Shown here: positions 42,801 through 53,300 of the stretch, in pieces | How the letters are laid out: the number at the start of each line of letters is the position of its first letter | Numbering within the stretch: position 1 is the stretch's first letter | Notes under the pieces: generated by a model | What the model was told of the DNA's origin: nothing | What the model saw: only the letters and a program-made list of their open reading frames with translations | Databases searched by the model: none | Translations under genes and position numbers: made by a program | Source: Octopus vulgaris | Lineage: Eukaryota | NCBI GenBank assembly: GCA_951406725.2 | Contig: OX597823.1 | Coordinates: 56,172,001-56,236,000 of the forward strand | Reading direction: 5' to 3' | Length of the DNA stretch: 64,000 bases

Positions 42801-44448
42801 AATTGAAAAGTATTTACGACCAGTAGGGCATGCGAAAACATATATTGCAAGCGATATGGCAATGTAGAGGTGAGATTTTCTACAGAGGAGAAGATAAGGA
42901 AGCATTCCACTTTTACCCTTAAAAAAGAAATTGCAGAAGCAGAACTGGTCGGGGTAGGCATGGTGCTGTGGGTGCATATGGATCAAGAAAGTCCAGAAGC
43001 ACTCTTGGACATTATAAATTTGCCAGATGGCACTAACCTTCACTTTGTAAAACTCGCTTTTCTATAGTTTGTCTCTTTGACAAGAGCTGAAATCCTAGGT
43101 CATGCGTAGACTAAGTCGGGGTGTCTGGCACCTAGAGTGTCGTCAAGCACTCACAACCCTCTACGAGTCAGGCAATCCGACCAGTGGAACTTCTACCATA
43201 GCGTTTTGTAGTGATTTAGGGATAAGTAAGAGCGACGAAACTGTTCTGCACACCCTCATACGGTGCCTGAGCAATGCTGAGTTATAAAGTTATGTTGAAC
43301 ATCTACTATTGCGTGCAGAACGAATTCGGTTATCAGCGAACTCCATCGTGAAGAGCAGCCGTTGCCTTCCTTTGGCCACGAAGAACAGGCAATTTTCCTC
43401 AACCTGGTAGTAGTAGCGTAAATGGTTGTGCGGTGGACAAGACTGAAAGGACTGAAGAGAGATGCTTTCCTCTTTTGGCCAAGCTCTTATCAATTATTAT
43501 TTTTTTAAGTTTCATTTAAAAAAGGTGAACGTAGAGGAGATGCTGCAACCAGCCAGTAAATATGTTGGGTAAATGAAGCAAGGATGGCCTGATTGAGTGC
43601 ACCTGTACGATGGAAAGAAAAGATGGGAGAGGGGTGCAACCTGTCTATGGTGCCCTTTTCGATCGGGGTTGGGGAATTTTCTTAATCGTTACTGTTTGTT
43701 GTTTACACGAGTACATAAATCCATTCTGTTCCTATGTCTACGTTTTGTTCTAAATATATTCTGGCCCTTGTATGCTTCGTGTCATGCCATCTGTCTTTAC
43801 GTTCTAAGTTCAAATTCCACCGAGGTTAACTTACCATTCATCCATATATTTTGCGGTCGATAAAATAAGTACCGGTTGAACACTCCTTTAAAATTGCTGG
43901 TTTTGTGCCAAAATTTGAAACCATTATTATTTTTATTTTTATTTATTTTTTTTTTTTAACAGTACCAGGTGTTTGTGAAGATCAGCTTAATGTAAAAGCC
44001 GAACAATTCAAAGCGAGCTCTGGTTCGGCAGCGTCTGCTGTTCTGAGTCCCTCATCATCCGGTTGGTCTCCAGCCACTGAAAACGAAGAGTTAGTTATCG
44101 ATTTACAAAGAATGATTGATGTCACTGGATTGATTACTGAAAGCAGTCTGACTCGGTTGAAGATTCTCTACAAAATGGGAGAGATATGGAAAGCATACAC
44201 TGAATCCAGCAACGCCATAGCTTCGGTAAATAACCTTATTTGAATTTCGGTAAACTCTTTGATGTTTTTATGTACATTTCTCAATATTTTACCGACAGAA
44301 TAAAAAATGTATTTCATCTCATCGAAATATAGCTCAATATTTAAATAAGAAAAAAATGAACAAAGGGAAGATGTTCAACGTGGAAATAAACTATGTTAAT
44401 GCAATTGTAAACACCATACATGTGTGTGTATACATCTCTCACTTCCTC

Positions 44449-44503
<55 letters not shown>

Positions 44504-44852
44504 ATATATATATATATATATATTATAATTAGGGTTCAGCAAAGATTTGCTTTATCACATACCAAAGTTTAGAAATAGCAGCCAAAGAACCTTATTTATT
44601 TCCTCTACTTTAAAAAGAGACTCCCGGACAAAAACAAAGTACTCGAAAACAATCCACGCAGGCAGAGAGGAAAAATAACGAAAATCAATCGATATTTGAT
44701 TACCCATGTACGCGTTTCGGAATTAGATCGGTATAAAGAATGTAGAATTTATACTTTACTCAAACATTTTCCTCTTCAGCATGGGACTTCACAATATTAA
44801 ATCCGAAGGCACTGGAAGAATTGAATATACCTCTCCAGCTATATATACAGTT

Positions 44853-44890
<38 letters not shown>

Positions 44891-47316
44891 ATCCGTCGTT
44901 GCTGGGTCATAGTGCTAGTGCATATATATATGTGTATATATATGTGCACATATTACATGTACATCTATATATATACATCTACACATAAAATACAAAATAC
45001 AAAGTTATATCTTGATATCGCTAGTGATAACAATACTCAAAATATATAACAGACTGGAATTGTAAGCCCGTCTCTTGTAATTTCGCTCAATTGTATCTTG
45101 TCCTCCCTCTTGTATAGAAGTGTGGCTACAATCCAGCCTACCTCTACTTCGGGGGAAGGGGGGGGGGCATTTAAAATTTTTTTCCGGGACGTCCTACGTC
45201 CCAGATATAAAGATAAAAATAAAATATTTCCACTTTGCAAGTTCGAGTCGAGTACTCCCTTGCACGCTCCGTTGACTCGAACCTTGCTTCTATTGTGGCA
45301 AATTTACCGCCTCTGATTAGATGTCTTTCATAGTCGCACCAAGACACTTTTCAAAGGAGCTTTCCTCCATGTATTCAAATCTTTTTTCTCTACATTGTAT
45401 ACTTTATAGTCAATAGTCTTTTCTTTAATTTAATTTTTTATTATCCATCTGGACTATTCCATTTCTGCACGCTAATTTTATTTTTAATTTATTTCCATTC
45501 ATCTGAAACCACTTATTCAAGTTCAAGTCATTGATGCAATTTTTATTTTTTTATGTTACGATTATATTATACTTTAGTTTGATTTTAATTATTACTTATT
45601 ACATATAATTCAATTGTTATTATTATTTTTTATTGTTAAAGTCAAAGTATCTGGCATAAAATAGAGAAATGTTTTTGTTTCGTTTTTAACACGTGATACT
45701 GAAATAGTGGAGAAGATATGATATTGCTATGGGCTCGCTCTAGGCAAGAAGTTGAACTTTTTTTGCCCATGAAACTACATGGACCCTAAGTAAGGCATGT
45801 GTAAAATTTGAATGAAATTGGTTGTGTAGTTCTCAAGTTTTAGGGAAACACACAGACAGACAGACACACATTCTCAGTTTTATATATATAAAGATATATA
45901 TACACCCTTTTACTCTTTTACTCTAAGTAACCTATTCTGCTGGTATCCCTTCATTCTCTGGTCGTATCTTGCCATCTTTCTTTGCAACGAGTGCTGCTTC
46001 AGTTCCTCCATTACTACTTTCAGGCCCTTTCTTTCAATATTATATTTCCTTTTCAGTGCCCTGTATTTTTGTTCGCTTTTAAGCTTCCCTTTCCCCTTTC
46101 GGTCTAACACAGAAATTTCTTTCGAGAGCATATCTAACTTTGCCTGTATTCTTCTTTTCCACCATGGGTCTTTTTTTTTTTTTTTGTCATTCCCATTGTA
46201 TTTTTTTGTTTTTTACTTCGACACCCACATTTTCTGCTACAACAATACTTGCTGCCTTGATCAAGTTATTTGTTTCTGTGATGTTGTTTGTTCTGATGTG
46301 TTTCAAAATATCATTGACATTTTTCGCGTCTTGGTTCAGCATCTACCGGTCAACCACTTTAAGGTTGCAAATAATGTCGCTATCGTTCTCCTGTAGTCTT
46401 AACTTTATTCTGTCGTAGATTGCATTTTGTTCATCTGTAATTTCACCATTAGTTGTATTGTCTTCTTTTAGATCATCTATATGTCTGACATCAAGTAAAC
46501 TACCATTACTCCTTTCTTGTGCTATGAGATTACTTTTATTAGTAAGAACTGTATTTTCATCGTTATCTTTGCTGCTACTTTCCAAGACCCGTCTTTTGCT
46601 GTGGTTTACAGTTTTGTAGTTGTACAGTATATATATTGGCAGGTGCTTACCTCCTTAATTTTTTTTGGGGGGGAGGGGGGGCTTTTCCGTGCATTTAATT
46701 GTGTTGTTACAATAAAAGGCACGTTTACATATTCGGGTAGTCAGGGAAAAAGGAAAGATAAAATGTTCACACTAAATTGGAGATACTAAAGTTTCTAAAT
46801 TTTTTGGTGAGATGTTTGTTTGTATGTCCGTTCAGAGAAGACTGTGGTGTTTTTGCAAGGATATTTACATTTTCGAATACTTAGGGAGAGAGGAACGGAA
46901 AGAAAAGGATAGTAAAATTTTTACAGAGAATTGTAGATTTAAGGTTTTAAAATTTACTGGAGATGATCTTTTGTCTGTCCGAACAGAGAAAACTGTAGTG
47001 TTCTTGCAATAAAGAGGATGTTTACATTTCCGAATACTCAAGGAGAAAGGAAAGGATAGGTATTCACGAAGTTGTAGTTATTAAAGGTTTTAAAGTCGAT
47101 CGTTTATGTTCGAAAACTGTAGATATGTATGTAAGTTTCTTAACTTATTTTGAGGGAAATTCAAAATATTCACAGGATATTGTAGATATTCAAGTCTTTG
47201 AGAGTTATTTTTCAGTTATCCTGATGGGTTGTATTAGTGTTTCTGTGTCTTCAGCTGCTGGAAGGTCAGAGCAGCGAAGAACATGTCCGGCCGCTGTCAC
47301 GTCCAGCCCATTTAAA

Positions 47317-47367
<51 letters not shown>

Positions 47368-50300
47368 TACTACTATTACTACTACTACTACTACTACTAT
47401 TATTATTGTTATTATCTTATTATTATTATTATTTTATTTTTGTTATTATTGTTATAATTATTATTATTATTATTGCTGGCAGAATCGTTGGCACGACTTT
47501 GCTTTTCCTCCTTTCGGTGTCTACAAATTAAGTACCAGTGGATGTAATCGACTAGACCCTCTCACCAAATTTCAGGCCTTGCGCCTTTAAACGAACCTTC
47601 TCTATGGGATGGAGATTTCAAAACTTGATTATGATCATTAGGATTTATTTTTTCTATTTACTACTAGTGGCCTAACTGGAATCGTTTTATCTTATTCATC
47701 TTTAGATTATTATACTACATGATACCTATTACGTAGTCGTACACTTCTATGTGAAGGCGCATGGCTCAGTGGTTAGAGCGTCGAGCTTACGATCGTGAGG
47801 TTGTGAGCTCGAATCCCGGACCGGGCTGCGTGTTGTGTTCTTGAGCAAGGCACTTTATTTTCACGTTGCTCCAGTTCACTCAGCTGTAGAAATTAGTTGC
47901 AACGTCACTGGTGCCAAGCTGTATCGACCTTTGTCTTTCCCTTGGATAACACTAGTGGTGTGGAGAGGGGAGGCTGGTATGCATGGGCGACTGCTGGTCT
48001 TCCATAAACAACCTTGCCCGGACTTGTGTCTAGGAGGGTAACTTTCTAGGTGCAATCCCATGGTCATTCATGACCGAAGGGGGTCTTTACCCCTTTACAC
48101 TTCTATTATGTTCTATCCATAGGAGCGGTTTTCGCCTTTTTTGCAGGATTTACACACTGATACCCTCTATGTTATATTCTATATGTATATCTATTTATGT
48201 TGCATGAAAATATAAAAGATGATGATTTGTGTGTTGTTATATCAATAATGATTTTATGTATTGGTGCTTTGTTTGGGGGTTTTATATTACAGGGGTTGTT
48301 ATTTTGTTTTAATGAAGTAATTATTTTACCTTTATTATATAAAATGTTAGTTGTGTTGTTATTGAGAGCCTTTCGGGGATAAACACAAATGCATATATGT
48401 ATATGTATTTATTGACTTATGAAACAGTATATTGATTGGTTGAGATTGCTGATACATTTCAGGTCTAGTGCAGAGGAATCCTTGCGTTATAAATTAATCG
48501 AGATCATCTGGATTTTTATTTCAGTTGAAAAACTCACCTGGTAAAATTTATCTAAAACCTCCGATACGAACCACAAAACTGAAAATTGTTCCACAGACCG
48601 CAATGAAATTAGACCTAAAGATTGACGTAATGGGATGTAGTAAGTATACATTTAAATAATGTTATTTTCCACTTTATCTTTATGATTGGGAAAAAGTCAG
48701 CTAACCCCACGCACCCCCACCATTTACTTCCTCCCCAAAATCCACAAACCCAACAACCCTGGCCGCCCCATCGTCTCCTCCTGTAACTGCCCCACGGAGC
48801 TCATCTCAAAATACCTCGACCGTGTCCTTCCCCCCCCCCCTAGTGGCGTCTCTTCCCTCCCACATCTACGATACCAACCATGCTCTCCGGTTTTTCAAAT
48901 CTTTCTCCTTTCCTCCCGGCTCCTCCAAAATCCTTTTTACTATGGACATCCAGAGCCTCTATACCGTCATCCCTCACCACGAAGGACTGCGGGCACTTCA
49001 AAACTTTCTCGACCTCCGCCCCAGCCCTGAACCCGACACCTCCACACTCATTCGTCTGGCCGAACTTGTCCTTTCTCTTAACTGTTTCTCGTTCGCGGGT
49101 GAGTTCTACCAATAGTACTCGGGAGTGGCCATGGGAACGCGAATGGGCCCCAACTATGCGAACCTGTTCGTTGGCTACGTTGAGGCCCAAATATTCTGTA
49201 ATTTCACTGGTCCCACTCCCGAACTATACGGTCATTACATTGACGACATTATCGGTGCCACCTCACTCTCCCGTGAACATCTAGATTCCTTCCTCTCTTT
49301 CGTTAAATCCTTCCATCCTGCCCTCCACTTCACCTCCACTATCTCCTAAACCTCTGTCGCCTTCCTCGACATTTCGGTCAGCATTCATCACTCCACTCTT
49401 ACCACCTCCATTCACTACAAACACGCAGACTCACACTCATACCTAAACTTCTCTTCCTCCCACCCCAAACACACTAAGCTGTCCATCCCCTATTCCCAAT
49501 TCCTCTGTCTACGTAGGCTCTGTAGTGACGACCATGACTTTGAGACTCAGTCTCAACTCATGGCTCGCCACTTCATCCTACGTGGATATCTCCTCACCAC
49601 TATCCACACCGCCCTTGCCAGAGCACGTTCCGTAGACCGTGCATCTGCTCTCTCCCCCCGAACCCGCCCTGTAGTCTCCCGCCTCCCTTTTCCCCTCACT
49701 TACCATCCCACCACCCTATCTCTCCAACGCACCATTCTTAGAGCTTTCCGGCATCTCCAGTCTGACCCGTCCACTTCACACCTCTTCCCTAACCGACCCC
49801 TCCCCTTTTTCAAACGAGCCCATAACCTACGAGACCTCTTGGTCCACAGCTTCTTCCCTGACCCTACCGCCCAACCTGGCTCGTTCCCCTGCTCCCGCCC
49901 ACGTTGCCGCACTTGCTCTTACCTCTCCAACACCACCCTCCTCACTGACACCCATCACCGACCCTATCGCATCCTCTACTCCTTCACCTGCACCTCCAGC
50001 AATATCATCTATTGCATCTCCTGCTCTCTCTGCCATTCCCTGTACATCGGACAAACGGGACGCCGCTTGGCTGACCGGTTCGCGGAACACCTCCGAAACA
50101 TCCGCCTTGCCAACGATACACCGGTCTCATGCCATTTCCGCTCCACCGGTCACTCCTTGGAACACCTGTCTGTGTTTTGATTGTCCTTGCGTTTGCGCCG
50201 TGAACAGGGATTAATCTTCGCTCTTCGCTCTTTTACGCCATTTGGTCTCATCTCTCCCCCCTTTTCATCTAACCCACCCCCTGACTCCTACTTCTCTTCA

Positions 50301-53300
50301 GTCCTTCATCTTTTCACCCCTACTCTCTTTCCCTCCTCTTCCTTCCTTTCCCTTCTTCCCTCTTCTTCTTTCTTCTTTCTTCTTTCCCCTCTCTCTTTCT
50401 CTCTGCTCCCTCACTCCCCTTCTCTTCCCCTCATCCTCCTCTCCCTCTCCCCTCCTTTCCCCTCCTCTTCCTCTCCTTCACCCCTCCCTTCTCCTCCCCT
50501 TCCCCATCCTTCTCCTCCTCTCCTTCTTTCTCCTCCCCTCCACCTTCTCTTCTTCTCCCCCTCTCCTTCCTTCTCCCCTCTCCCCTTCCCCCTCCTCTCC
50601 CTCCTCTCTCTTCTCTCCCCCACACCACACTACACTACACCATACGACATTACACATCACATCATACATACACACGTCCAAACCACCAGCCCTCTTCCAT
50701 ATGCACATACATACTCTCTTATGCACACACGCACCTTCAGGTTGGAGCGAGGTCACTTGACCCTGTTATCTCCCCTACTATCCCTCTAGTGTCTAACGTC
50801 TGACCTCTAACGTTTGACCTCCGATCTCTGACTTCTGAAATAGGAACGCCATGTTGGATCGCTAGCCCCTACACGCAATTTTTTTCTCTCCTTGTTTCTT
50901 TTCTGTGTATCTTTCTGTCGAAGAACATTAGGCTCGAAACGTAAAAGACTTGTTTTATTTCTATTCCTGAGCGCCATACTAATACATTATTTGTTTGTAC
51001 TTCACCTGCCTTCGTCTTTTGTTAATTTTCGTAAACCTTCCTATTTGTCTTATATATAATGATGAACATACAATTACAGGTGTATGAAATGTATTTATAT
51101 GAGAATTGTATTTGCAATTTACATTTAGGTCTTGTCTTTGCACCTTATCATATGATCAGAGAATGGTTGATATAATAATGTATATAATGAGACAGATTTA
51201 ATATTGAGGAAATATTATTCATAAATATAAAAGCAACAATAATATCGGTTAGCGCGAATCTTTATAGTTGAGTATTTCCTTGAGGCCAATTCATATTCAT
51301 CAAAAGGCTAATGGCGAATTCATAAGACAAAAGTTTATTAAAAAAATATGCTCAATAAATTAAACAGAAAGAAAGAGATAATAGAGTGGATGTAGTGAGA
51401 AGTAGGTAGGCTGGATGTACAAGAAGATATGAAGAGTGTATTAATAAGGCAACCGAAAGTGTAGCTATAAGCGGATAGGTTTTAGAGGAGGGAAGATATA
51501 TCAAGTGACCAAGGGATAATGAAGAAAGAGAGAGAGAAAGCAAAGAAACAATGGGAAAAAAGATAAGATAGGACTGGCGAGAATGTCAGTTAGTCGGTGC
51601 GATATATCCACTTTCTCTAAACAGGTGTTATAAAGTTGAATGATGAGAAAGATGGGTAAAGTAAACAAAAATATAGATAAGACCTGTCAGATTATAAGGA
51701 TCAGCAGTTTGATATAGTAGCTGCGACGTCTAGTATAAGTGTCCCGTATAGAAATGTAGTAGTAGAGTAAAGACTATGATGGCGAACTACTAAACAGAGG
51801 TAAAGGAAAGAAGGGGAAAAGGTGTGTGAGAGGGAGATAAACAAGAGTTCGTTCGGGTCTGGAAGCAGAGCTTAAGTATAACATATTTCAAGATACAGTT
51901 CGAATGAAGAGAGGTCGTAATGGTAGCGAAGCTATGTAGACAAGAATAAAACAGAAGCAAGGGAGGAAACAAAGAGCAAGAAGGGATGAAAGAAAAAATA
52001 TAAACACTAAAGCTTATCTGGGTCGTTCTGAGCTGACATGAAAAAGATTTACAAAAATTATGGCAACAGAAATTAATTACATCACAGAATTTGTTAAGCT
52101 CTTCATTCTCACGTAGTATTTCTAGGGATTTTCGGCAGCATAAATTACATGCTAGTCAACTTCCATAGTACAGTATTTCCGTGATAATGATTGGCCAGGA
52201 GATATCATAGGATATATCTTTCGCTTTGAGGTAGTATATATAAACAATCACAGAAGTAGATCTTCACTTAGTATTAGAGAAAGAGCTAACATGTTGATCT
52301 TTGATCCTATATATATTCAGCTGGAGTTATAGTGTGTGGTAGTAACTATACACGTATATATATTTTAAAGGAGACAATGGTCCTTCAGATGGCAGTGAAT
52401 GGGTATTCTAAAGCTACATGTCTTCTTATCTATAGTCTATCATTATGATGGAAATTGACTAGCATGTAATTTATGCTGCCGAAAATGCCTAGAAATACTA
52501 CGTGAGAATGAAGACCTCCTTAACAAATACTGTGATGTAGTTTCTGTCTTATCAATTTCTGTCTTCTATATCTTAGACATAATACATTCTTTCTCTCGTA
52601 TAGATCAATACGAATGGCATTATCATCGATATTATTATTGATAATATTATTATCACCATCATTATTACAAGCCTTAATGATTAGTGACATTTCGTACGTC
52701 TTTACGTTCTTGGTTCAAATCCCGGCAACGTCGACTTTGCTTTTCATCCTTTCGGGATCAATAAAGTAAAATGCACGTACCAATTGAGTACTGGGTCGAT
52801 GTAATCAACCTGCTCTCTCTCTCTCAAAATTGCTGGCCTTGTACCAAAATTTGAAACCATTATTATTGTTGTTGTTGTTGTTATTGAGTGAGAGAGCAGC
52901 ACACGCTATCAAAGTGATTCTGAGTACGAATATACGAAGCCCAACATTCCCGTCATAATTACCAATCTGATAAGGGTACACCAGGCACATGCATAACGAC
53001 TATATATGCGCGACATGGTGATCTTATATCAAGATAAACAGTACATGACTTTGCAGTAGGGCCCAGTTAGAATTTTCTTCAGATCGAATAACCAATCCCG
53101 TTCAAAAGGTCCTCGAATTAGAGTTGCTTAGGAATGATGAACACAACATCCATGTTTCCAGGGGTGACCTATTCAAACTGCAAAGAATCCCTCCTCAACA
53201 CATGGCTATGTTGTTCCCTCATTACTCTTGCTCGTGATCAGAGATGCACATATCGTCAGCCACTAAGGTATATGCTCAACTAAAGTCATGCAATTGACAA

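Noticed and set aside
47756-47826. tRNA gene
   Set aside because: The tRNA-like head continues into a SINE body bounded by a target-site duplication, and the acceptor stem is not intact.
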